NCBI GenBank assembly: GCA_913063285.1
Contig: CAJXXZ010000003.1
Location: 2,317-66,316 of the forward strand
Reading direction: 5' to 3'
Length of the DNA: 64,000 nt
DNA from: an uncultured bacterium
GTDB taxonomy: Bacteria; Pseudomonadota; Alphaproteobacteria; CAJXXZ01; 1604HC
In this document: positions 29,305 through 39,949 of the stretch, piece by piece
Position numbering within the stretch: position 1 is the first letter of the stretch
Layout of the letters: each line of letters starts with the position of its first letter
The notes under the pieces: generated by a model
What the model was told of the DNA's origin: nothing
Seen by the model: the letters and a program-made list of their open reading frames with translations, nothing else
The model's database searches: none
Position numbers and translations under genes: made by a program

Positions 29305-30060
29305 TTGAAATCAACGCTTGAATTAACTGATGAGGTATTTCTTCAAATTGCTAAACAAAGTTCATATGTTGTGGAGGAAAATATACAGAGTGAGGAATTT
29401 CTCAAAAGGATTGCTAATAATATAAAAGTCTTTTTCGATACTTATGCAGGTATTGCACAAGAAGAAGCACAAGACATTTTGAATAAGATTATTGGCCAAG
29501 AATGGTTAGGCAAATTATTATCTAATATAGATATTCATAAACAGATTTTTATGTTACCATATGAAGAATTTATTGATATAAAATTAATTTTAAGAGATAG
29601 TTTAATGTACGAAGCTCAATATACACATGAAATTCCACATATTAATGAACTGAATAAAAGTCTTATTAACAATATCAGTAAGATTGACAATCAAGATCAA
29701 AGTGAATATTTTATCTTACCAAACATGAGTCTTTTTATAGGTGATATAAACAATTTTTTCTTAGAATATTTATCAGTATTGTCAGTAGATGTTGTTAGGA
29801 ATATTAATCAAACTAATCTCAGTATACTAGCATTTATATATGATCAATTGTTGAACAATGAAATGGATGATGATCTTTTATTATATATATCGCAATGTAT
29901 TAAAAGACAATGTATTGCTCAATACACTCTATATCGGAATGGAGATATAGAAGAAGCTGAATTTATTGAATTTGCTAAATGGTCATTACAAGAATTAGAA
30001 AAAACCATTCTTCTGATGAAAAAGATAAGAGAGATATTCAAAGATTCATTGATGAGATAG
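29305..30060 (+). CDS. Orphan B-module ORF, probably the detached C-terminus of member 4
   Basis: No signal peptide; TTG start; NNIKVFFDTYAGIAQEEAQDILNKIIGQEWL matches NNIKLFCSIYRVIKIEEAQEILNKIIGAKWL in member 4. Confidence 0.6.
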   Translation: MKSTLELTDEVFLQIAKQSSYVVEENIQSEEFLKRIANNIKVFFDTYAGIAQEEAQDILNKIIGQEWLGKLLSNIDIHKQIFMLPYEEFIDIKLILRDSLMYEAQYTHEIPHINELNKSLINNISKIDNQDQSEYFILPNMSLFIGDINNFFLEYLSVLSVDVVRNINQTNLSILAFIYDQLLNNEMDDDLLLYISQCIKRQCIAQYTLYRNGDIEEAEFIEFAKWSLQELEKTILLMKKIREIFKDSLMR

Positions 30061-30210
30061 GTAATTTAGAGTTGGAGGCAGAAGTTACATTAAGTTCACA
30101 ACTTAAAGCATAACTTTTAATTAATAAGCTGAAATATATTTGTCTAAAGATGATCATAAAACATTGAATAAATTGACTTTTAAGACATATTGTATATAAT
30201 ATTTTTATAC

Positions 30211-32112
30211 ATGATCATACATAAAATATTATTTTATATAATTTTAATATTTTATACTAACTACAATAACGCAAAATTCTCACTTAAATTTCATAAATTT
30301 AGCACACCTACAGATTCAATTTTGATGCGTAGTATGAAGATGAGGAATGGTATTGGTTTTGCTTATCTTGATCAACTTGGTAAAGTTCGTGTATTTATAA
30401 AAATTAATGATGATGACAAAAATGATCTTGCAAAATTCTTAAATATAGATGTATCACTTCTTAAAGAAAGAAAATTTGCAGAGCTGATTATGGATGTCGC
30501 ACTAGCAGAAAATTTTGTAAAATTGAATGAAAAAGGTCATGTTGCTTATATGGAGAACTTTATGTCTGATCTCATCAGCGAAAAAAGTAAATTACGAATG
30601 AGTATAGATATAAATAGTGTAAAAACTAATTTGAATAAGCATGAAAATGTTAAGAAAGATGTTGTGACATCATATATGATGAATTCACTTGATGATATCA
30701 AGCTTCAAAAATATCTTGAAAATATCACAGGTTCTGATACAGTAAGTATTTATGATAAAGGACCTATTTTTCATGCTAAGCATATTTTACAAATTACAAT
30801 GAATGCTGATGATTTACATGATGTAGAGAAAATTAGTAAATTTATTGAAGAAAGTGACATAAATGATAATGATACTATTGAAGCTATTGTTAAAAATAGG
30901 CCTAAAAGTGAAAGTATTGATCTTTATTTAAAAAATATCGAACTTTTTTTTGAGCAATATGAAGGTCTGCCAAGTGAGGTTTTAGAAAAAATTATGAGTC
31001 AAGATTGGGCTAAAAGGCCTTTGACTGCTGATTATATTCATCAAGAAATTTCTTTAAATCACGATTCATTTAATGATTTAATTTATTATGCAAAAGATAT
31101 AAAAGCTATAGCATTGATTAATAAGAAAGCTGCTGAAGAGATTAGAAAAAGTCTTGAGCAAATCTCTAATCAAGTTGCTAATTCTGAGACAAGAAATAAA
31201 ATATATAAAAGCATGCTTACTTTGCAAAAAATAGGCAATTTCACTGAAGCTCTTTTTGAAAAAGCTAAAAAATCTTATGAAAAGGCCAGTTCAGATCAGG
31301 AAAAAACTAATTTTTATCTAGTTATGCAAAATATTTTTCAAACTCTTGAGGAAGTATATAAAGCTTATGAAATTTTTGTTCAGTTAAATTCAGATTATTT
31401 TGATTCAGAAGTAGATATGCAAAAGCATCATATTAATTTTAATTTAAAGCGTGCTTTAGATATTATACAAGCTACTAAAATTTACAGAGAATTTATTACG
31501 AAGTATATAACTTATTATGATACTTTAGTAGCTTTAGGTATAGATACAGATAAAATAGATAGAGAAAAATTAAATAGTGTTGCTCAAGATCGTCTAAATA
31601 CAGCTATTTCAAAGAGTGTTGATATACTTGCTAAGTTGAATGAGCGAGATGTCAATATTCAAGATGTTATTGTTCCTGTTGAGATGCTTTATAAATATAT
31701 TACAGATATTAAAAATAGTATTAAAAAAGTTTATGGTCTACTCGATGATATAAATAAGAATTTTGTAAATACAGATTCTGATGAAGTTAAAAAATCTCTA
31801 AATGAAGTTAAAAGATCTCTAGAAGATATTAAATATCTTTTATCAAGTTATACATCACAATGTATATTTTATACTAATGCAGTTGATTTTACTGAATTGT
31901 TTAAAAAGAATTCTTCTAATAAATCTTATCAGAATATTAAATCGCTTTGTGAAATTATTAAAAATATTCTTGATATTGATAAGCAGAAGGCTGAAGAAGA
32001 TTATAACCAATGTCAGAAGAGATATAGTAAATATAGGACAAAGTATTATAAATCTAAGAAAGTAACCTTTTCTGATTATGATGAAGTCTTTTCCATACAA
32101 AAAAATATTTAA
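30211..32112 (+). CDS. Secreted protein, island family member 5
   Basis: Start moved to ATG 30211 (MIIHKILFYIIL). N-domain GIGFAYLDQLGKVRVFIKI...FAELIMD...KLNEKGHV; B module KNIELFFEQYEGL..EVLEKIMSQDW. Confidence 0.8.
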   Translation: MIIHKILFYIILIFYTNYNNAKFSLKFHKFSTPTDSILMRSMKMRNGIGFAYLDQLGKVRVFIKINDDDKNDLAKFLNIDVSLLKERKFAELIMDVALAENFVKLNEKGHVAYMENFMSDLISEKSKLRMSIDINSVKTNLNKHENVKKDVVTSYMMNSLDDIKLQKYLENITGSDTVSIYDKGPIFHAKHILQITMNADDLHDVEKISKFIEESDINDNDTIEAIVKNRPKSESIDLYLKNIELFFEQYEGLPSEVLEKIMSQDWAKRPLTADYIHQEISLNHDSFNDLIYYAKDIKAIALINKKAAEEIRKSLEQISNQVANSETRNKIYKSMLTLQKIGNFTEALFEKAKKSYEKASSDQEKTNFYLVMQNIFQTLEEVYKAYEIFVQLNSDYFDSEVDMQKHHINFNLKRALDIIQATKIYREFITKYITYYDTLVALGIDTDKIDREKLNSVAQDRLNTAISKSVDILAKLNERDVNIQDVIVPVEMLYKYITDIKNSIKKVYGLLDDINKNFVNTDSDEVKKSLNEVKRSLEDIKYLLSSYTSQCIFYTNAVDFTELFKKNSSNKSYQNIKSLCEIIKNILDIDKQKAEEDYNQCQKRYSKYRTKYYKSKKVTFSDYDEVFSIQKNI

Positions 32113-32370
32113 TTTTTTACAGATAAATTTTATATTTTAGAAACACTGACTCGACTTTTTTAAAGCCTACTGCTTTATACATGACATCAAAATTTAAAGA
32201 ATAACATGAAATATCTTCTTCAATATTAATTTATAGCCTGTTTAAGCTAAATGGTGGTTGAACTACCTTTCTTTACTGTTATCACTACAGCTAATTTTAA
32301 AGTTATTTTTAATCTATATATCAAAAAATCAATTGATATTTAAAAAATATGTCATATAATATATTTATAT

Positions 32371-34539
32371 ATGATACAAAAAATAATACTGTGTATGATT
32401 CTTACCTCATATGCACGTGTTACTGAACATACCTTGTATAAAAAAAATGCAGGGAATTCCACAGACAGATTTGTAATGCAAACTTTAAAAAGTAGAGGTC
32501 ATGCTGGATTTGCTCATGTCAAAGATGATGATCAAGTAGATGTTCTTATGACAATACAAGATGATGATCAAGATGTTCTTGAGAGAGCTCTGAGATTTAG
32601 TAAAGAAGAGCTTAATGAAAGCGAATTTATAAAATTTACTCTAAATCGTGAGTTAGCAAAGAAATTTATTAAAACAGATAATAATGGAAGAAAAATTACT
32701 GGTTTTAAAAATCTAATGGATGCTCTTAGAAACAAAGATAGTGATTTAATGAATATTTTACAAAGCTCTCCTAAATCTATAAGAAGTTTAGATCATATTC
32801 AAGATCAGAGTGAAAAAGAACAAAAAATTATGGAAGCAGGTTTTATTGATACATTTGATGCACGTGAACTTCAGAGACATATGAAAAATTTAACTAACTT
32901 TGATTTTGATACATATACAGACGGAGATATTCCAATATCAGATTTTTTTGCAAAATCGATTGATTTGAAGCGAATTGATAAAAATTATGAGTAGGTTCGA
33001 CAAAAAGCATTGCAGTTGAATGAAGGAAACAGAAAAATATTTATTAATAATAGAAAACCGCTTATGATTATGTGGAAATATTTAGACAAAAATGAGATAG
33101 ATGCAGTTTTGACTAAAGCAAGAGATATGGGTATAGATAAAGAGCAAATAAAATTTTCTGATATTGTTTCTGCTATGTTTAGTATTAGTCAAAATCAAGA
33201 ATCACCTCATGAGGAAACAGAAATACCAGCAATACCAGTAACACCAGCAGCTTCTCGAGGTGAAGTGCCAACTACAAGATCAGCAGAAGAAGGTGTAGGT
33301 ACTGATCTTATGAGTAAATTTTATAGCAGGATTCAACAATCTGTAGAGAATTTTGCATCTATTCTCTCTGAACTTTCACGCTCTAGTCTTGACATAATAT
33401 CTAAAGCTCTACAATCTTCACATTTCATAAATATAAAACAGTTTATTAATGCATTAAAATGTATAGATGTGATAAAAAGTCTGGAACAAAATGTTATAAC
33501 TGCTAGAGAAGATACAGATGAAGAATCTGAAGAAATTACACAGAATAATGATAATTTTGAAAATAAATTAAAAAAAGTATTTTTAGATTCAAAAGAGAAT
33601 ATACAAAATTTCGTACAATCGCTTATAAAGTATGAAGCATTAAGTTTTGAAGAGTTTAATATAATTATTGATTTCTTATTATATTTTTCTCATTATATAA
33701 TAGAAGATGAAACAATTCAAGATGAAAGCTTTGTAGAGCGAATTCATATAGATATCATATCGGCATTGTGTAATACAGAGTTCTTTCAGGGTAAAGAATT
33801 GAGCAAATTGAATGTTGATGAGAAAAGTAAATTAACTGGTATGATCAAATCATATCTAGATAAATTGACACAAATGTTGATGCACAAATATTCATGTGAA
33901 TGTAATGATATTTATGATGGATGGGAGCTTCGAACGCATAGCAATGATCCGAAAGTTCATTTTATTATACATTTAGAAAATATTAAGAAGATTATATATA
34001 CTCTAATACATCCTCATTTTCTCATAAACAATTTCATTCCAAAAATAGAAAAATTGAAGAATGATTATACATCACTGCAAAATGTACAAGGTATGTTAGA
34101 AAAGGACAAACAACAAAATACTGAATTAGAAGAAAAATTCACAGATATTGCAAATATGGTAATATCTTATCTAGAACGCATTAGTGGTGTACAAGTATCT
34201 ACTCATGCTTCAGATGCAAGACCTACTACTCCTGATTTAGTTGCAAGTGCTGTTATTCCTCCAAGATCTGCTGGACCATATCTAGAAACTACCCGTTATC
34301 CAGTTGCAGGAATTGGTGTTGGTTCTCCAGCTGCAAGACCTACTACTCCTGATTTAGTTGCAAGTGCTGTTATTCCTCCAAGATCTGCTGGACCATATCT
34401 AGAAACTGCCCGTTATCCAGTTGCAGGAATTGGTGTTGGTTCTCCAGTTGCAAGACCTGCTGATTCTGCTTCAGCTGCAAGACCTAGCCCTACTTCAGCT
34501 GAAAGACCTGGTCTCCTGCACAAGTTTCAAGAAATCTAG
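32371..34539 (+). pseudogene. Island family member 6, split by a single in-frame TAG (32992-32994)
   Basis: ORFs 32371-32994 and 33010-34539 are in the same frame (...NYE*VRQKALQLNEG...). The first holds the signal peptide and N-domain; a further frameshift occurs near 34512. Confidence 0.75.
34216..34458 (+). repeat. 117-bp intragenic tandem repeat (2 copies)
   Basis: ARPTTPDLVASAVIPPRSAGPYLET(T/A)RYPVAGIGVGSP(A/V) starts at 34216 and 34333. Confidence 0.92.
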
Positions 34540-35526
34540 CAGCAGGAGGATTAGTCTATGATCAAGTTGAAAGAGGCCCTATACATGCCAGATTGATAAG
34601 AGGTGAGCAGGAAAGATATTTAGCTAGTGTATTATCTTCAGATTCATAATTCGACATTGTCGTATAAGATTAAGAAGATAGAGTAGATGTTCTTTAGCAA
34701 GTGTCTAAATTTTATTTTTAACAATATTATGTGGAAGGATAAGAAGGAAATAGCAATGAAAATCTATTCAGATATAACTCAGCATTATAACTTAGCATTA
34801 AATCTTTATTTGAAATTTATCAATATAAGTCATATTCCTATAATAGACTCTCTATACTTTATAACTTAGTAAATATTAATTATTTAATTAAGTCTGATTA
34901 AGCTCAATATTTTATAGCAGCAACACAAGAAAATTTTAGAGAATTGATTTTTTTACACTGCCTTAAGGTTGATTAAAGCATAAATGAAAAACTTAAAGAT
35001 ATACTATTAATATAATTTATGATAATTTCATTCAAAAATATGTAGATACGCTTAAAACTCTTAATGATATATGAATATGATATTTTTCTATTTTTTCAGC
35101 AAATTGGAAATTTTATTTCAAATCTTTATTTGATAATATAAAATTAAACTAATTCTATCTATAAGTCATTTTTCATATATATATATTATTCTTATAATCA
35201 ATAATAAAAAACTTAGATTATTTATTAAATAATATAAATTATATCTTATCTTATTAAAAAAATAGACCTAATTTATAAAATATAGAAGCTCAGAACATAA
35301 AGTTGACTGAGATATAGATTATAAGAATTTATATCATAAAGGTTTAATGCCTATATTTTCTAAAGATTTAGATCAAGCGTCTGATTATTTAGATACAGAT
35401 GATGATAATTTTGACTTATATCACTATATTCAGCTTGATTTTTAACAGTTATCATGATTATTTAAAATTTAAATATAAATTCAAAAAATCAATTGATTTT
35501 TAAAAAAAAATCTATACAATATAAAT

Positions 35527-38211
35527 ATGTCAATACATAAAATCATATTTTGTATAATCTTTATCTCTTATGCTGATGAAGGTTTAAATAGCAGTCCTTA
35601 TGCTCAATTCTATAAAAATCAAGAATTAGGTGCCATAGACAGTTTTTTGATAAATGCTGCAGATCAAAAAGAACTGGGAGGTATTGCTAAATCTGGTGAC
35701 ACTGATGTTCGTGTATTAATGAGGCTTAAAGAGAATGAAAAAAAGGCTCTTTCTAAGTCACTACCAATATCATTAGAACAGTTAAAAGATATTGATACGA
35801 TGGCACTCACCTTAAGCCGTGAAAAAGCAGGTCGATTTGCTAAATTTGATGAAGAAGGTAAAATTATGCATCTAAACAATCTTATGCCTTATCTTCTTAA
35901 TGAAGATAGTGAGTTAGCACAATCTATTTCAGTTAAAGATTCAGAAGAGTCAAGAGAGGATAGATTAATAAATGCAGCCTTAACTAATCAGCATCTTTTG
36001 GAAGAAAACCTTAGCAAATATATCAAAGAAATTTCTGGTATGAGCATGGATAGTTATTCAGGACAGGGTGTATGGATTTCTGACACAAGTAAATTAGATA
36101 CAGTATTAAAAGAAGTAATGCCAAAAGAAAAAGATGTTCAGAAAATGAAAGAAGTGATAAAAAATAAGAATTTGAATGTTAATCAAACTCCATTATTTGC
36201 AAATACTGTACAAAGCATATTACAAATAAATCCTGATGTAGATGTAGATACTTTATTAGATTTTCTGGCAGAAAATGTAGATACTTTATTGACAGATAAT
36301 ATTTCTAGAGAGAGATTATATCACGATTTACTTTCACAAGCTGAAATATCAAGCTCAGAAAATATAAAGTATACTTTTGCTACAGCGCTTATTCTAGAAG
36401 TTATAAAAACAGATAGAGAAGAAGATCAATATTTGAGATCAATTTTTAATCAAATTAACAATCCTCATCCTGATGATCTTGAATTCTTGAGATTCTTTGT
36501 AGATTGCTATGCATCAGTATATAAGCCTCAAGATAATGTATTATTATCAGCGCTTAAGATTATTGCTTCTAGTCATAATGTTGAAGAAGTAGCATTAAGT
36601 GATGCAATCAAAGATTTTATAAAAAATAAAGATAGATTCAATTACGAAGAAATGATGGGATTGGCAAAAAATTTCAAAATTCTCTTAGAAGTGGATGGTA
36701 TTACAGAAGATCTTTTATTAAATGACATTGAAGACTCTATCGATCTATTTAAAGAATATGAAGGTAAAATATCAGCATATACTAATATGATTCCTGTATT
36801 AAGATCATTAGAAGGAAAACAAGATATTATTGATAGTATTACCTTTAATATTCAAGAAATTGTTCAAAAAGCTGTAGAGGATACACAAGATCATAGATGT
36901 ATACAATTATTTGATGTAATTACTTCAGGTAAATATAATTATGCAGAATCGTCACAATATATAAAGGAGATTAATCTCATTAATGATCTATTGAGTGATG
37001 AAATGTTAAAAGGATTCAATTATCTTATAAGTTTTTATGATAATAAACAAGTAGATGAATCACATGCTGCGCCTCAAGCAAACGGATGGTTTCAAAGATT
37101 TGACATGTCTAGTATAAGATCTATTTTCAGTAGGAGAGCTCCTGTAGCAGAAGAATTTGTAGGAGCAGAAGTAGAAGCAGATCAAGGAGAAGCACCTGCA
37201 GGAGTAGGAGACCTAGATGATGTTCCCGATAAATCTCAAACAAAAGGAAGATTACAAGAATGGAGTAGATGGTTGTTCGGAGATAGATTGTCTAGAGAAT
37301 CATCAGATCAAGTAGCAGATGCATCTGTAGGAGAAGGAGTAGATAAAGATGACAGTAAATCAGATTCAAAGGCTCAAGCAAAAAAATCAAATTTTAGATT
37401 ACCTATTAAAAAAATTGGTGGTATTATGGGTGGTGCTCTTGGTACCTATCTCGCTTATGAAGCCTATCCTAATGATATAACTTCGACTACACCTGGTACA
37501 CTTCATAATAAGACTAAACCAGAAGCTAGCGGATTTCCACTTGATTCATCATCTTTTGGTCAACAAAGAGCTCAAGGTATAAACGCAAATGGCATATCTC
37601 AACCTTTAACACCACAAGAAGTTATAGAAGAATCAGCTAGAGCATTAGAAGTACTACAAAGACGAGGTTTAGTTGATTTTTCTACTGAAACTAAAACAGC
37701 AGATTTTACACCAGCTTTAACACCAGAAAAAATACTAGAAGTATTAAAAAGAGTTGTGCCAGAAGAAGGTATAGATACTACTCCTATAAAAGGAAATTCC
37801 ACTAATGGAACTAAAACAGCAGGTAACATATATGGATTAATACCATCTGGTTTAAGCCCAGAAGAACAAGAAGCAGCAACCAAAAAACTAAATGACCCAG
37901 TCATTCAAGCAGTAATAGATCAAGAAGCAGCTAGAGCAGCAAGTCTACAAAGTTTTACACCAGCAGATAAAAAGTATGAATTAACACCATATGGTTTTAC
38001 ACCAGCAGAACACAGAGCAATAGCAAAAAGACAAAAAGAAGAATATACAGATAAAGACGTGGAACTACAAAGAGTAGAAGCTATAACTGCAGAAGCAGAA
38101 GATAGAACAGAAAAAGCTATGGAGACAGCAGAAGATAGAGCAGCAAAAGACAAAGCCATAGTAGAAAAATCTATAGCTGCATCAGCTAGATTGCAGCAGT
38201 TAGAGCATTAG
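35527..38211 (+). CDS. Secreted protein, island family member 7 (internal TM-like segment)
   Basis: MSIHKIIFCIIFISYA-D signal; LGGIAKSGDTDVRVLMRL...KFDEEGKI N-domain; KKIGGIMGGALGTYLAY segment. Confidence 0.8.
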   Translation: MSIHKIIFCIIFISYADEGLNSSPYAQFYKNQELGAIDSFLINAADQKELGGIAKSGDTDVRVLMRLKENEKKALSKSLPISLEQLKDIDTMALTLSREKAGRFAKFDEEGKIMHLNNLMPYLLNEDSELAQSISVKDSEESREDRLINAALTNQHLLEENLSKYIKEISGMSMDSYSGQGVWISDTSKLDTVLKEVMPKEKDVQKMKEVIKNKNLNVNQTPLFANTVQSILQINPDVDVDTLLDFLAENVDTLLTDNISRERLYHDLLSQAEISSSENIKYTFATALILEVIKTDREEDQYLRSIFNQINNPHPDDLEFLRFFVDCYASVYKPQDNVLLSALKIIASSHNVEEVALSDAIKDFIKNKDRFNYEEMMGLAKNFKILLEVDGITEDLLLNDIEDSIDLFKEYEGKISAYTNMIPVLRSLEGKQDIIDSITFNIQEIVQKAVEDTQDHRCIQLFDVITSGKYNYAESSQYIKEINLINDLLSDEMLKGFNYLISFYDNKQVDESHAAPQANGWFQRFDMSSIRSIFSRRAPVAEEFVGAEVEADQGEAPAGVGDLDDVPDKSQTKGRLQEWSRWLFGDRLSRESSDQVADASVGEGVDKDDSKSDSKAQAKKSNFRLPIKKIGGIMGGALGTYLAYEAYPNDITSTTPGTLHNKTKPEASGFPLDSSSFGQQRAQGINANGISQPLTPQEVIEESARALEVLQRRGLVDFSTETKTADFTPALTPEKILEVLKRVVPEEGIDTTPIKGNSTNGTKTAGNIYGLIPSGLSPEEQEAATKKLNDPVIQAVIDQEAARAASLQSFTPADKKYELTPYGFTPAEHRAIAKRQKEEYTDKDVELQRVEAITAEAEDRTEKAMETAEDRAAKDKAIVEKSIAASARLQQLEH

Positions 38212-38268
38212 TAGAAGAAGCTAGAGCAGCAGTAGAAGAAGCTAGAGCAGCAGTAGAAGAAGCTAGAG
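38211..38268 (+). repeat. 21-bp tandem repeat (VEEARAA) in the frameshifted tail of member 7
   Basis: GTAGAAGAAGCTAGAGCAGCA x2.8 immediately after the current stop. Confidence 0.85.
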
Positions 38269-39177
38269 AGGAAGAAGTCTAAAGCTGAAGCAGATTTTAT
38301 AATATAAATTATCCAGTTATTATGCCTAGGCAGGCATTACTCAAGCCTTAACCAAAGAAGATTTAGCATTATTTGGTACAGGTGCATTGCTACAATTACC
38401 TGAAGAAGAATAAAGAGTAGCAGCAGAAGCAGAAAGACTAGCTAGAATTAGACGCATTTTTAAAAGATAATGACCAGAAGAAGCTTGCACTTAAGTTCTA
38501 TAAGAAGGTTAATCTTATAAATAAAAAGTAATAGCTACCCTGATATATATTAATAGATGTATTCCAATGAGAGATAAATAATTATATATTAACTTTCTTG
38601 AATAGTTGCAATAGATAGATTATAAAAATAATTTTTATTAGCTTATAATAAAAAAGAGAAAACATAGATGAAATCACTTAAATATTAGCTAATTAAATAG
38701 CGTATAATATAAATACTAACTTAAACTTCTTTAAAGTTATTTAAGCTTCTAAAATTATAACAGAGTTAAAGATTATATAGAGAATTCATTTTTTAAGAAT
38801 ATGATTCAATAGGATATTCAGATCAAATTAATGATAAAACTCAAAGAATAATAAATGAATTGAATACTAATTATAGAATCAAGATTAGCTTTATATATAA
38901 AAAATATTTATTATAATATATCAGTTTTTCTTATATAAAAAACTATTTAATTCATTTTTAATGTAGATATTAAAACTTGTATATTTTGACTTATCATCAA
39001 TCTAATACTTCTAATAGTTAAATATTATAAGTTCTTAAATATGAAATATATCATATAAAATAAACATATCATTTTCAAGCATAATATATTAATTTGAATA
39101 AATTTATTTTTTATACTTGCATTACAAATATACAAATAAATAAATTCATTTTAAAATATATATTATATGTTTTTTAT

Positions 39178-39660
39178 ATAGTAGTATTCAAAATACTACT
39201 TTATATCAATTTAATATCAAATACTTATATTCCTTCAGTTATATCATATGAGTCAAAGATATTATCTAATTCAATATCAAATTTTACTAAAAGATATATG
39301 AGATATGTTAGATTTTACTCATATAAATAATTCTGATCAGAATGTGCATATTTTTAATTATTGATGAAGATAGTAAATACCAAATTTATAAAGTCATTTT
39401 GAATCAAACTTGAGACTCTTATGATAATAATTCTAATATAGAATATGTTAAATGGTATGATAAATTGTCTGCTAATATTTTAACGTGATAAATGAAATTT
39501 ACATAGCTGATTAAAACTATCATTTAAAACTCAAACTTTTTATTAATAATAATGCATACTTTGATTATGCTTCTATATTTTTATAATCTTACGAATCTTT
39601 AACATTATGAAAAACTTGAAACAAAGCTTCTGAAGCGCATTATAGGTAGTAATATAAAGT
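39178..39660 (+). pseudogene. Decayed island family member 8
   Basis: Fragments IVVFKILLYINLISNTY, FTHINNSDQNVHIF and LIIDEDSK in shifting frames match MIIHKILFYIILIFYT (member 5) and FAQTNESGDFRIFMLIDEDRK (member 2). The end coordinate is approximate. Confidence 0.55.
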
Positions 39661-39949
39661 TTTTTGAATAGATGACTAAAATAGTGGCTAAAACTTAAAT
39701 AAATATTTTAAAACTCATTTGATTTTTTGCTTAATTAATCTTGTTTTGATATTTGATTAGCTGTAAATCATATTATCTTTAATAAACTTATAACTAATAA
39801 TAATTTTTGAAATCAAGATTTATTCATCAATATATATTTTGTTTATTTTATATTTATAGTTCACTTGAATATTTTAATGTATCAAAATAAACTGCATAAA
39901 ATATATAAAATTCTACTTTTATTACTTATTGTAATATGATTATTTAGCA

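Noticed and set aside
32992..32994. Genome-wide TAG reassignment
   Set aside because: hda, era, map and rpsD end properly at TAG, and no conserved gene has an internal TAG or TGA.
24069..38268. CRISPR array interpretation of the repeats
   Set aside because: The repeats are in-frame coding units or simple duplications without unique spacers; no cas genes are present.
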